Origin: an uncultured Alphaproteobacteria bacterium
GTDB lineage: Bacteria > Pseudomonadota > Alphaproteobacteria > ATCC43930 > CGMCC-115725
DNA length: 64,000 nt
Direction of reading: 5' to 3'
NCBI GenBank assembly: GCA_963702685.1
Contig: CAVPDQ010000022.1
Span: 110,677-174,676 of the forward strand
Below are positions 44,606-54,620 of the stretch, in pieces. Each line of letters starts with the position of its first letter. Position 1 is the stretch's first letter. The notes under the pieces were generated by a model. The model saw nothing but the letters and a program-made list of their open reading frames with translations, made no database searches and was not told the DNA's origin. Made by a program: the position numbers and the translations under genes.

Positions 44606-46093
44606 TCAGCGGTTGGGGAGGTCGAGCGGGTAGATCGGACGGCGGACCTTCTCGAATTTGAGCTGCGAGTAGTCCGAGGTGCATACGCCCACGCCGGCGC
44701 AATCGACGACGGCCTCGGCCATCGGCCCGAGCCCGGCGCGCCAGTGGATGCGGCTTTTGAGCATCACATAGCGCTTTTGAGTCGGATCGATGCCGAGGCT
44801 CAAAAGGCAATTCAAATCGGATGGCTCGACATGGCGCGAGATCAGCACGATCTCGACCGCGCCGGTATCGAGCACGACCGCCGGGCCCATTTCCATTGCC
44901 ACGCCGCGCGCCATCGGCCCGCGATTGTTGTAGCGCCCGTCGGAAATCGTTTTGACCCGGCCGGTCACGGTCAAGGGCGGGCTCTCGGCCGGGATCGAAG
45001 GCATCGCGATCTTGCCGCCGATCGACAGGGTTACGCGTGCGCCGATGCCGGCGGCGATGGCTTGTTGCACCGCGTCGGGGTCGCAGATCGCAAACGCGGC
45101 GACGCCTTCGAGGCCTTGCCGCAGGATTTCGGCCAAGACCGCGGTCGTGTCCATCGTGCCGCCCGAGGCGCAATTGTCGTAATGGTCGAGCAGCACGATC
45201 GGGCCGGCGCCGGGCGCAATCGCCTTGGCCCTGGCGACCGAGCTCGCCAGCGGCTCGATCTGGTAGACAAAGGCGCCGCGCTCGACCCAGGCGCGGTCCA
45301 GCAGCTCGTCGCGCAAATCCTCGGCGAGCTTGCGGTTGCCGTCGGTGACGACGAGAGCGGAGAGCCCGGCATTCCTTATGTCGGCGTGCGGGAAGCCGGT
45401 AAAGAGGCTCGCCGCCAGCGCGCCCTCGCTGCTCATCGCCGCGCAGCGCTGCTGCAATTCCTGGTTCGGATGGTCGTCGCTGCCCTGCCGCATGACATGC
45501 GGCAGCATCGGCTGGTTGCCCCAGGCCATGACCGGCCTGACCTCGCCGCGGATCGTGCGTAAGAGGATATCGCCGGCAAGCCGTGCGGTCTCGTAAGTGT
45601 CGATATGCGGGTAGGTGCGGTAGCCGGTGACGACCGTCGAATTGGCGACGATCTCGTCATAGAGGTTGGCATGCATGTCGAGCGAGACCGCGACCGGCGT
45701 TTTCGGGTCGATCGCGCGCAGCCGCTTTAGAAGCTGCCCTTCGCCGTCCTCCAGGCTCTCGGTGACCATCGCACCGTGCAAATCGAGCAGGATGCCGTCG
45801 AAGCCGCCCTTGGCGACGTCCTCCAGGATCGTGTCGGTGATGTGCGCATAGGCGGCATCCTCGACCGGGCGGCTCGGCGGTGCACCCGCCGCGATCGGCA
45901 ACACGATCTCGGCGCCTGCACGCTCGGCCAGGTCGAGATAAGCGCCGAGCCCGGTGCCGGTGCCGCGATAGGCCGCGGCCGCCGCCTCGCCATAGAGCGG
46001 GCCCGGACCGTTGCCGAACCGCGTCAGCGGCGTCGGCACCGGCGAAAAGGTGTTGGTCTCGTGCTTCATCATCGCGATCAGCAAGCGCATCAA
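44606..46093 (-). CDS. M81-family metallopeptidase (MlrC-like)
   Basis: The N-terminus (MMRLLIAMMKHETNTFSP) is typical of the MlrC/DUF1485 family. 495 aa. Confidence 0.75.
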   Translation of the reverse strand: MMRLLIAMMKHETNTFSPVPTPLTRFGNGPGPLYGEAAAAAYRGTGTGLGAYLDLAERAGAEIVLPIAAGAPPSRPVEDAAYAHITDTILEDVAKGGFDGILLDLHGAMVTESLEDGEGQLLKRLRAIDPKTPVAVSLDMHANLYDEIVANSTVVTGYRTYPHIDTYETARLAGDILLRTIRGEVRPVMAWGNQPMLPHVMRQGSDDHPNQELQQRCAAMSSEGALAASLFTGFPHADIRNAGLSALVVTDGNRKLAEDLRDELLDRAWVERGAFVYQIEPLASSVARAKAIAPGAGPIVLLDHYDNCASGGTMDTTAVLAEILRQGLEGVAAFAICDPDAVQQAIAAGIGARVTLSIGGKIAMPSIPAESPPLTVTGRVKTISDGRYNNRGPMARGVAMEMGPAVVLDTGAVEIVLISRHVEPSDLNCLLSLGIDPTQKRYVMLKSRIHWRAGLGPMAEAVVDCAGVGVCTSDYSQLKFEKVRRPIYPLDLPNR

Positions 46094-46132
46094 TGCATCT
46101 CCGGAAGAGCCGCCGAGGATACCGCAATGCGC

Positions 46133-47182
46133 CTAATGGAAACGCGGCATGACCTCCTGGCACAGCAGCCGCAGCGCGTTCATGACCTGGGCGTGCGGGA
46201 TCAGACCGCCGCAATTCAATTCGGCGAGGATACCGTCGAGGCCGAGCTCGTCCTGCAAGCCGCGCAGCCGCTCGGCGACATCGTCGGGGGTGCCGACAAG
46301 CACCTGGCCGCCCAGCGCCTCGTCATAGGTCAGGCTTTCGAGCCGCGTCAGCCGTTCGGCCCGCCCTTCGATCGCGCGCGTGCCGCCGCGGGACATCGAG
46401 TCGCGCAGCCGCTCGGTCTGCTCTCGATAGAAATGCATCAGGCTGTCGCGCGGCTCCTGATAGGCGCGGGCCGCGGTGTCGGCGAGATAGGTCGGGACCC
46501 GCAGATAGACCCGGCCGCGGCCCGGATGGCCGGCCGCCTCATAGGCGGCGCGGTAGTCGCGGATCGCCGGGGCGAACTCCGAAAACGAGCCGTGTCGCGC
46601 GTTGAGAAAGATCGGCAAGCCGCGCGCGCCGACCTGCGGATAGGTGTCGGGGCTGGCGGCGGCGACGCGGATCGGCGGGTGCGGCTGGCGGAACGGCCTT
46701 GGCGTCACCCTGATGTCCTTGAAGCGGTAGTACTTGCCCTCGTAATGGACCGCCGGCTGCGACCACGCCTGCTCGATAATGTCGAGGACCTCGCCAAAAC
46801 GATCGCGGCTTTCGGCATAGGACACGCCGTAATCCTCGTAGGTGCGCGGCAGCCCGCTGCGCCCGACCCCGAAAATCAGCCGGCCCTGGCTGATCTGGTC
46901 CACCGTCGCCGCTTCCTCGGCGAGGCGGAGCGGATGGCACAGCGGCAGCACCTGGACCGCGATCCCGATATTGATGCGGCGGGTGCGGGCGGCCACTGCG
47001 CTGGCGATGCTGAGCGGCGCCGACAACACCGAGCGCTGCGGATCGAAATGGAGCTCGGCGAGCCACATCACGTCGAGGCCCAGCTCCTCGGCCGCGTCGA
47101 TCTGGGCAAAGGCTTCCGCGAACGTCTCCGCATCGCTGCGCCCGGGCAGCGACGGGAACTGGTGGAACATGCCGAATTCCAT
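46133..47182 (-). CDS. LLM-class (luciferase-like) flavin-dependent oxidoreductase
   Basis: Start set at MEFGMFHQFPSLPG. Carries LGLDVMWLAELHF and has TIM-barrel monooxygenase character. Confidence 0.75.
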   Translation of the reverse strand: MEFGMFHQFPSLPGRSDAETFAEAFAQIDAAEELGLDVMWLAELHFDPQRSVLSAPLSIASAVAARTRRINIGIAVQVLPLCHPLRLAEEAATVDQISQGRLIFGVGRSGLPRTYEDYGVSYAESRDRFGEVLDIIEQAWSQPAVHYEGKYYRFKDIRVTPRPFRQPHPPIRVAAASPDTYPQVGARGLPIFLNARHGSFSEFAPAIRDYRAAYEAAGHPGRGRVYLRVPTYLADTAARAYQEPRDSLMHFYREQTERLRDSMSRGGTRAIEGRAERLTRLESLTYDEALGGQVLVGTPDDVAERLRGLQDELGLDGILAELNCGGLIPHAQVMNALRLLCQEVMPRFH

Positions 47183-47382
47183 GGCGACGAACTCCTCTTT
47201 GCCCGCCGAGCTGCTCCCGGCGCGATCAAATACGGTCGGCGCCATCGTGAACGCAGCCAAAAGGGCGTGCAAGAGATGCCGTCCGAGCCTATAGCGTGCC
47301 GCTCGGCACGGGTTGGAGAGGCGCTGCGGTTCCGGAGCGACGAAGCCGTCTCGGTCGGACCCGCCGGCAGATCGGAGGAGAC

Positions 47383-48153
47383 ATGGGCTACGAGCACATC
47401 CTGGTCGAGCGCGAGGACGGCGTCGGCATCCTGACCCTGAACCGCCCCGACAAGCTCAACGCGATGAGCCGCAGGCTCTCCGCCGAGCTGCACGACGCGA
47501 TCAAGGAGATGGACGCCGATGACGCGATCGGCTGCATCGTCGTCACCGGGGCCGGCAACCGCGCCTTCTCGGCGGGCGGCGACATCCACGAGCAGCGCGA
47601 GGACGACCGCCACTTTACCCAGGAGGAATTGGACGCGCGCCGCACCCGCGGCAGCTACGAGATCGCCGCCAGCAAAAAGCCGACGATCGGCATGCTGAAC
47701 GGGCTCGCCTATGGCGGGGCGGCGGTGCTGGCCTCCTCGTTCGACATGCGGGTCGGCTGCGAGGACACCCGCTTTCGCTTTCTCGCCGCTGCGTATGGCC
47801 GGATCAACAGCACCTGGACCCTGCCCAACCAGGTCGGCTGGCCGATCGCCAAGGAATTGCTGTTCACCGCCCGCATCGTCGAGGCCGCGGAGGCTTTCCG
47901 CATCGGCCTCTTGAACCACCTCGTGCCGCGCGAAGAGCTGCGCGCAAAGACGATGGAGCTCGCCCGCATGATCGCCGGCAACAACCGCGCCGCCGTCATC
48001 GGCGTCAAGGCGCTCTTGTTGAAGCAGATGGCGCAAACCCTCGAACAGCAATACGACGAGGAGCGGGATTACACGACGCATGTCGTGCGCGGCGCGCGCG
48101 CCGAAGAAGCCTTCCCCGAATTCATCGCCCGCCACGGCCGCCCGCTGGGCTAG
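47383..48153 (+). CDS. Enoyl-CoA hydratase/isomerase family protein
   Basis: Start is preceded by GGAGGAG. Shows the crotonase pattern ILTLNRPDKLNAM and FSAGGDI. Confidence 0.85.
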   Translation: MGYEHILVEREDGVGILTLNRPDKLNAMSRRLSAELHDAIKEMDADDAIGCIVVTGAGNRAFSAGGDIHEQREDDRHFTQEELDARRTRGSYEIAASKKPTIGMLNGLAYGGAAVLASSFDMRVGCEDTRFRFLAAAYGRINSTWTLPNQVGWPIAKELLFTARIVEAAEAFRIGLLNHLVPREELRAKTMELARMIAGNNRAAVIGVKALLLKQMAQTLEQQYDEERDYTTHVVRGARAEEAFPEFIARHGRPLG

Positions 48154-48156
48154 GCC

Positions 48157-49311
48157 CTAGGCGATCCGGTGCTTGTTGACAAAACCCCAATCGATTTCGA
48201 GCCCAAAGCCAGGCTTGTCGCCGAGATGGAGATGGCCGTCGCGCAATAGCGGGTGCTCGACAAACAGGCCGTGGCCGAGCGGGTCCTCTTCCGGCCCGCC
48301 ATGGCCTTCGACGCCAAAGGTGCAACGCGGCAGGGCCAGCACCAGATGGCCGTGCAATTCCGGCGCGGTATGAGGCGCGACGACGACCCCGTGCTGCTCG
48401 GCGAGCTGGGCAATGCGCAACGCCTCGGTAAAGCCGGCGGCGCGGGTCGCATCGAATTGCGCATAGCGGATGCCGCCGGTGACGATAAAATCGCGGATCG
48501 TGAACCGGGTCAGCTCGCGTTCGCCATGCGCCAGCGGAATCGGCGTCGCCGCGGCGAGCCGGGCGAAATCGGCGGGCTGCAGATACCAGTGCAGCGGCTC
48601 CTCCAGCCAGAAGATCCGCGACGGCTCGACGGCACGGGCAAAATCGATGCAGTCGGGCAGATCATAGGCGGCGTTCATATCGAGCATCAGGAGCGGCTCG
48701 TCGCCGATCGCACGCCGCACCGCGGCGATCCGCCGGGCCTCGTCGGCGACGCTGCCGGCGCCGGTCTTCAATTTGACCGCGCGATAGCCGTGCCGCAGCA
48801 TCTGCGCCATCTCGGCGGCATAATCGGCATCGGTGGCGCCCGCCCGGTAATAGCCACCGGTGGCATAGGTGAAGAGCGGCCGGTTCTCGCCGCCGAGGAG
48901 GCGATAGACCGGCAGCCCCGCCGCCTTGCCCTTGATGTCCCAGAGCGCGATGTCGATCCCGGCGATCGCCGCCATGACCTGGGTGCGCTCGCCGCGCGCG
49001 ATCGGCGGCGGCAGCCCGTCCTTGCCCTCAATCCCGCCCGGCCGCGGCGAGGTCAGCGCAAATAATTTCTCCCACACCGCGACATGGGCCAGCGCATCCA
49101 TGCCGCGGACGATCTCGCCGAAGCGCGCCACCCATTCGCAGATCCGCGGCATCGGCGCGCCGTGGATCTGGCCATAGCCCACGAGCCCGTCATCGGTGCG
49201 GACCTCGGTCAGAATGACATTCCACGCTTTCATCTCTTCATGCGCGGTCCAGGTCGTCTGTGGCCGCGGCATCGAAACCATGTGCGTTTTTACCGCGGCA
49301 ATCCGGCTCAT
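48157..49311 (-). CDS. Mandelate racemase/muconate lactonizing enzyme family protein (enolase superfamily)
   Basis: Start set at MSRIAAVKTH. Metal-ligand regions LMLDMNAAY and FWLEEPL are present. Confidence 0.8.
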   Translation of the reverse strand: MSRIAAVKTHMVSMPRPQTTWTAHEEMKAWNVILTEVRTDDGLVGYGQIHGAPMPRICEWVARFGEIVRGMDALAHVAVWEKLFALTSPRPGGIEGKDGLPPPIARGERTQVMAAIAGIDIALWDIKGKAAGLPVYRLLGGENRPLFTYATGGYYRAGATDADYAAEMAQMLRHGYRAVKLKTGAGSVADEARRIAAVRRAIGDEPLLMLDMNAAYDLPDCIDFARAVEPSRIFWLEEPLHWYLQPADFARLAAATPIPLAHGERELTRFTIRDFIVTGGIRYAQFDATRAAGFTEALRIAQLAEQHGVVVAPHTAPELHGHLVLALPRCTFGVEGHGGPEEDPLGHGLFVEHPLLRDGHLHLGDKPGFGLEIDWGFVNKHRIA

Positions 49312-49462
49312 CCTCGCCTCTCCCGATAATCCTGGCTCGCGGCGACCCAGCCCGCCGCGCGCGCAGCTGTCAAGCCCCGCTTTCGACCTACGCTGTTTGT
49401 CCGGGTTGCGGGATAGGCGTTCCGGGTGTAGCAATTGCCGGGTTCGATTTCGGAGACGCCCG

Positions 49463-50068
49463 ATGGCCAACAATAGCCCCGACAGCGTAGCAGCCCCGGT
49501 CGCCGCGGTCAGCCCATCCGGTATCAATCATCTGGTGCTGAACGTACGCGACCTCGACGAGTCGCATAAATTCTGGACCGAGATCGTCGGCTTCAAGCAG
49601 GTCGCCGAATTGAACCCGCGCGAGGACCGGCCCAACCCGCCAAAGATGCGGTTTTACAGCGCCGTCAACAACGGCCAGCTGACGCACCACACCGTGGCGC
49701 TGGTCGAAAGCCCGAACCTGCCGCCGCCCGCCGATTGGGTGCTGATGAACAGCCGCGTCGCGATCAACCATGTCGCGCTGACGATGCCGAGCCGCGAGGC
49801 GTGGCAGCAGCAGCTCGCTTTCCTGCAGAGCCGTGGGGTCAAGTTCAACTGGCGCGTCAATCACGGTGTGACGCACAGCGTCTATATCAATGACCCGAAT
49901 GGCTATGGCGTCGAGTTCCTTTACGAGCTACCGCGCGAGATGTGGGAAAACGACATCAACGGCGCTATCAACTGGGCCGAAAATCTGCCGAGCGAAGGCG
50001 CGGAGGCCATGATCGACCGCACCGACAGCCCGAGCTTCGGCATGAGGGAGCCGATTCCGGCCGAATAG
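49463..50068 (+). CDS. VOC (glyoxalase/dioxygenase) family protein
   Basis: Start set at MANNSPDS. Carries INHLVLNVRDLDESHKFWTEIVGF. Confidence 0.75.
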   Translation: MANNSPDSVAAPVAAVSPSGINHLVLNVRDLDESHKFWTEIVGFKQVAELNPREDRPNPPKMRFYSAVNNGQLTHHTVALVESPNLPPPADWVLMNSRVAINHVALTMPSREAWQQQLAFLQSRGVKFNWRVNHGVTHSVYINDPNGYGVEFLYELPREMWENDINGAINWAENLPSEGAEAMIDRTDSPSFGMREPIPAE

Positions 50069-50265
50069 CGGCCGCCGGCTGCCCGCCGCGCGAAAGCGGG
50101 CGTGAGAGGCGGCTATGTGGGTGGCAAGGTGCGCGTCGCGCAGCGCCATCGCCGGAACTGCATGCCAGGATGAAATGACCACACAGCGGGAGCAGCTCTC
50201 CAGCCGTGGCGGTTGTTCTGTTGCGGGGTCAGGCGACCGGTAAAAGGGGAGATCAGGGAGGAGGC

Positions 50266-51834
50266 GTGAGGCGGTTCGCGGCATTGCTCGACGCGCTGAT
50301 CTTCACCCCGTCGCGCAACGGCAAGCTGCGGTTGATGCAGGAGTATTTCGCGACCGAAGCCGACCCCGAGCGGGGTTGGGCCTTGGCGGCGCTGACCGGT
50401 GAGCTGAGCTTTGCCGCGGCCAAGCCTCGCGACGTGCGAGCGCTTGCGGCGATGCGCGGCGATCCCGAGCTTTTCGCTTGGTCCTATGATTTCGTCGGCG
50501 ATCTGGCCGAGACCGTCTCGCTGATTTGGCCCTCGCCGACCGGCGCCGCGCAGCCGGTTCCAAGCCTTGCAGAGATTGTGGACAAGCTCGCTAATATCGG
50601 CCGAGGCGAGATCGGAGCGCTGCTCGAGCAATGGCTCGACGCCCTCGATGCTACCGGTCGCTGGGCTTTATTGAAGCTCGTTACCGGCAGCCTGCGCATC
50701 GGAGTTTCCGCTCGGCTCGCCAAGCTGGCGCTGGCCGAATGGGGTGGCGTCGATGTCGACCGCATCGAAGCGCTGTGGCACGGCCTGTCACCCCCTTTTT
50801 TGCCGCTCTTCGACTGGCTCGGTGGCCGCGGGCCGTCGCCCGATCCCGGTGAGCTGCCGAATTTCTGCCCGCTGATGCTGGCCCAGCCGCTCGACGACGC
50901 CGATCTCGCCGCGCTCGATCCATGCGACTATCTGGCCGAGTGGAAGTGGGACGGGATTCGCGTCCAGCTCGTCGCCCGCAGCGGTCAAAAGCGGCTTTAT
51001 TCGCGCTCCGGGGACGATATCGGCGTAGGCTTTCCGGATGTCCGCGCGGCGATGCCCGATGCGGTGACGCTCGACGGCGAGCTTCTTGTGATCCGCGATG
51101 GCGAGGTCGCCTCGTTCAACAATTTGCAGCAGCGGCTCAACCGCAAAACGCCGAGCCCGAAGCTGCTGCGCGACTATCCGGCCGCAATCCGTCTCTACGA
51201 TATCCTGCGCGAGGGCGATGAAGATTTGCGCGGCCTGTCCTTTGCCGAACGCCGCCGGCGGCTCGAAGCCTGGTTCGCGCGCGCCAAGCGGCCCGGTCTC
51301 GATCTATCGCCGCTGGTGCCGTTCGCCGGCTGGGACGAGCTGCGTCAATTGCGCGATCGGGCGCGCGCGCACGGCATCGAGGGACTGATGCTGAAACGCG
51401 CGGACTCGCATTATGTGTCGGGCCGGCCGAAGGGGCCGTGGTTCAAGTGGAAGCGCGCTGCCCTGACCGTCGATACGGTGCTGATGTACGCCCAGCGCGG
51501 ACATGGCAAGCGCTCCTCGTTTTACTCTGACTATACTTTTGGAGCCTGGTGCGGTGGCGAATTGGTCACGGTCGGCAAAGCCTATTCGGGCTTTACCGAC
51601 GACGAATTGCGCCGTCTCGATCGCTGGGTGCGCGACAACACGGTACGGCGCTGGGGACCGGTGCGCGAGGTGACGCCCGGCATCGTGCTCGAAATCGCCT
51701 TTGACAGCGTGCACCGCTCGACCCGCCACAAATCCGGCGTGGCGATGCGTTTTCCGCGGATCCATCGCATCCGCTGGGACAAGCCCTTTGCCGAAGCCGA
51801 CACGCTCGAAAGCCTCGAACGGCTGGTGACCTGA
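50266..51834 (+). CDS. ATP-dependent DNA ligase
   Basis: GTG start is preceded by GGGAGGAGG. Has adenylation motif I (EWKWDGIR). The N-terminus FAALLDALIFTPSRNGKLRLMQEYF is typical of the damage-response ligase type. Confidence 0.85.
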   Translation: MRRFAALLDALIFTPSRNGKLRLMQEYFATEADPERGWALAALTGELSFAAAKPRDVRALAAMRGDPELFAWSYDFVGDLAETVSLIWPSPTGAAQPVPSLAEIVDKLANIGRGEIGALLEQWLDALDATGRWALLKLVTGSLRIGVSARLAKLALAEWGGVDVDRIEALWHGLSPPFLPLFDWLGGRGPSPDPGELPNFCPLMLAQPLDDADLAALDPCDYLAEWKWDGIRVQLVARSGQKRLYSRSGDDIGVGFPDVRAAMPDAVTLDGELLVIRDGEVASFNNLQQRLNRKTPSPKLLRDYPAAIRLYDILREGDEDLRGLSFAERRRRLEAWFARAKRPGLDLSPLVPFAGWDELRQLRDRARAHGIEGLMLKRADSHYVSGRPKGPWFKWKRAALTVDTVLMYAQRGHGKRSSFYSDYTFGAWCGGELVTVGKAYSGFTDDELRRLDRWVRDNTVRRWGPVREVTPGIVLEIAFDSVHRSTRHKSGVAMRFPRIHRIRWDKPFAEADTLESLERLVT

Positions 51835-51843
51835 TCCGGCGGC

Positions 51844-52242
51844 TCAGCGCAGCCAATTCTCGCAGCGGAGGTCGGGAACGCGGCCAAACTCCCGCTCGTT
51901 GTCGGTCACAATGGTATGCCCTAGGGCGACGGCTTGGGCGGCGATCAGCAGGTCGTTGCCACCGATCGGCCGGCCCGATCGTTCGAGGCCGGCGCGCAGC
52001 CGGCCATAGGCGATGTCGGCCGGCGTCTCGAAAGGCAGAACATCGAGCGCGCCGAGCACCGCCTCGAGCTGAGCGGTGAGCCGCGGCGACGTTCGTTTTT
52101 GAGCGCCATAGCGCAATTCCGCCGCGACAATGATGCTGGTGCAGACCTGCTCCTGGCCGACCGCCCGAATGCGCTCGGTCACTCGGCCCCGCGGGTTGCG
52201 AATCAGGTCGGAAAGAATGTTGGTGTCGAGCAGATAGCGCAT
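51844..52242 (-). CDS. vapC: PIN-domain toxin VapC
   Basis: MRYLLDTNILSDL... plus conserved acidic residues. The start shares one base with the vapB stop. Confidence 0.85.
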   Translation of the reverse strand: MRYLLDTNILSDLIRNPRGRVTERIRAVGQEQVCTSIIVAAELRYGAQKRTSPRLTAQLEAVLGALDVLPFETPADIAYGRLRAGLERSGRPIGGNDLLIAAQAVALGHTIVTDNEREFGRVPDLRCENWLR

Positions 52243-52475
52243 CAAAGCTCGACGGGATCAAGATCCAGCTCGACGACCGGCGGAAAATCTTCGTCGAGCG
52301 GAGCGAGGGTCGCCAGCACCGCCAGCAAGGATCGCGCCGGGACGGGTTCGATGACCAATCGCGAGCCCTCCCGGCGCATGACGGCTTCGTCGCCGGGCAG
52401 TTCGAACTCGCGGGGGATCCTTACCGCCTGGTTGCGACCGTTCTTGAACAGCTTGACATATCGTTCCGCGGACAT
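52242..52475 (-). CDS. vapB: AbrB/SpoVT-type antitoxin VapB (77 aa)
   Basis: Begins MSAERYVKLFKNGRNQAVRIPREFEL. It is the internal start of a longer tracked ORF. Confidence 0.8.
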   Translation of the reverse strand: MSAERYVKLFKNGRNQAVRIPREFELPGDEAVMRREGSRLVIEPVPARSLLAVLATLAPLDEDFPPVVELDLDPVEL

Positions 52476-52563
52476 CGCGAGCCCTCCTATCAGCATATGC
52501 TGACATAGGCTGATCGCCCTCTGCTGTCCACCGCGCCGGAAGGACCGCACCGCAAAAAATTCG

Positions 52564-54564
52564 TCAGGAGGCGGCGGTGGCGGCGTTTGGGCCGGCGGCG
52601 ATCCGGCGGTATTCGGGGACCAGGCGCTCGACCAGCTGGAGCACGCGCTCCTCGCGCCGGGCGCGGGCGTTCTCTTCGAGCTCGTCGATCGACCGGGCCA
52701 GCATCGCATAGTCGGCGGTGCGCGGTGCGGCGAGGCGGATTGCCGGGTTTGCGGTCGCGACCAGCGGCTCGGCCGGATGGAACAACTCCTCATGCAGCTT
52801 CTCGCCCGGCCGCAGCCCGATGAGCTCGATCGTGATGTCGCGGCCCGGCCGCAGCCCGGCGAGGCGGATCATCTGATGCGCCAGATCGACGATTTTGACC
52901 GGCTCGCCCATGTCGAGGACAAAAATTTTGCCGCGCGCCTCGGCTTGGTCGGCGCTTGGGGCCAGCGCCGCGGCTTGCAGCACCAGCTCGACGGCCTCGC
53001 GCACGGTCATGAAAAACCGCGTCACCTCCGGGTGGGTGACGGTCAACGGGCCGCCCGCGGCGAGCTGGCGTTGAAACAACGGCACCACCGAGCCGGTCGA
53101 GCCCAGCACATTGCCGAAGCGCACAGTGACCAGGCGGGTGCCGTGCTCGAGCGGGCCGCGCCGCCGCGCTTCGTAGAGGTCGAGCGCCTGACAAAAGGCT
53201 TCGGCAACACGCTTGGTTGCGCCCATGACGCTCGTCGGGTTTACCGCCTTGTCGGTCGAGATCATGACCAGGAGCGGCACCCCGAAGGCGCGCGCCGCCT
53301 CGGCAATGTTGCGGGTGCCGACGATGTTGGTCATGACTCCTTCGAGCGGGTTGGCCTCGACCATCGGCAGATGTTTGAGCGCCGCGGCGTGAAACACGAT
53401 TTCGGGCCGCTCGGCGGCGATGACCGCATCAAGCTCGGCGCGCCCACGCACATCGCGCAACAACGGCACCGGCAACAGCCCCGGGAACCGCTCGCGCAAA
53501 TCGAGCTCGATCGCGTAAAGGGCGAACTCGCTGTTGTCGAGCAGCGCCAGACGGGCAGGCGTCAGCGCCGCGATCTGGCGGGAGAGCTCGGCGCCGATCG
53601 TGCCGCCGGCGCCGGTCACCAGCACCCGGCGCCCATGCACGAGCCGCGCCATGCCCTCGTGGTCGAGCACCGCCTGCGGGCGGCCGAGCAAATCTTCGAG
53701 CGCGATCGGCTCGATCGCGTGCTCGGGCACACGGTCGGGATCGTCGAGATGGCGTTCGAAATCGGTCAGGCGGGGGAGGCGGGCGAGCGGGATGGCGAGC
53801 GCGTCCGCCCGGTCGAGCAGGGCGCGCACCTGTGCCCCCGGCAGGCTCTGCCCGGTGATGATCAGCTTTTGCGGACGCCGGCCGCGGCGATCGAGGCGTG
53901 CGACCACCTCGTCCAACGCATCGATCGTGCCCAGCACCGGCACGCGGTTGATCTCGCGCCCGACCCGCGAGGGCGTGTCGGCGAGGACGCCGACGACGCG
54001 ATAAACGGCGCGCGGGTCGCGGGTCATCGCCCGGATGAAAGTGTCGGCAGCGTCCTTGGCGCTGATCAGCAATACCGGTACGCCGCGGTGCTTGGCACGC
54101 TCAAAAATGTGGTCGAGGCCGCGGTCCTTGAAGAGGCGATAGGCGAGGCGCGGTCCGCCCAGCAGCGCGATCAGCACAAACCAATCGATCAACAAGGTCG
54201 AGCGCGGCAGCGCGTCGAGGCGGGTCAGCACAAACATGACCGGCAAAAAAATGAGCACGGTCAAGGTTACCGCTCGGCCGATATTGAAAAGGTCGGGCAG
54301 CGACGCATAGCGCCAGATGCCGCGATAGAGCCCGGTCAGCAGAAACACCGCCGCCGCGATCAGCGTGAAGCTCGCGATATAGCCGGCGATCAGCCGCGGG
54401 TGATAGCCGACAAAATCCGCGCCCATGCGCAAATACAGCGAAGCGGCGAGCGACAGCGCCGCCATGATCGTGTCGTGCAGGAAGGCGAAGAGGGCTCGCC
54501 GGTTGCTCGGGAAGAGGGCCACCGCGCCGCTATAACAGGATTCGCCGCAGCGAGGAACGGGCAC
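52564..54564 (-). CDS. CapD/WbpM-like polysaccharide biosynthesis protein (membrane-anchored NDP-sugar dehydratase/epimerase)
   Basis: N-terminal transmembrane helices followed by a Rossmann motif (VLVTGAGGTIG). The start is uncertain: GTG at 54564 or GTG at 54522. Confidence 0.8.
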   Translation of the reverse strand: MPVPRCGESCYSGAVALFPSNRRALFAFLHDTIMAALSLAASLYLRMGADFVGYHPRLIAGYIASFTLIAAAVFLLTGLYRGIWRYASLPDLFNIGRAVTLTVLIFLPVMFVLTRLDALPRSTLLIDWFVLIALLGGPRLAYRLFKDRGLDHIFERAKHRGVPVLLISAKDAADTFIRAMTRDPRAVYRVVGVLADTPSRVGREINRVPVLGTIDALDEVVARLDRRGRRPQKLIITGQSLPGAQVRALLDRADALAIPLARLPRLTDFERHLDDPDRVPEHAIEPIALEDLLGRPQAVLDHEGMARLVHGRRVLVTGAGGTIGAELSRQIAALTPARLALLDNSEFALYAIELDLRERFPGLLPVPLLRDVRGRAELDAVIAAERPEIVFHAAALKHLPMVEANPLEGVMTNIVGTRNIAEAARAFGVPLLVMISTDKAVNPTSVMGATKRVAEAFCQALDLYEARRRGPLEHGTRLVTVRFGNVLGSTGSVVPLFQRQLAAGGPLTVTHPEVTRFFMTVREAVELVLQAAALAPSADQAEARGKIFVLDMGEPVKIVDLAHQMIRLAGLRPGRDITIELIGLRPGEKLHEELFHPAEPLVATANPAIRLAAPRTADYAMLARSIDELEENARARREERVLQLVERLVPEYRRIAAGPNAATAAS

Positions 54565-54620
54565 CCTGGTCGCAACGGGAGGCTTGTTCCCGCCGGTCCG
54601 CCAAGCTCCTACAATCGCGC

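Noticed and set aside
44363-47434. 399-aa and 552-aa plus-strand ORFs
   Set aside because: They are antisense to the MlrC-like and LLM oxidoreductase genes, with Arg/Gly/Asp-rich composition and no motifs.
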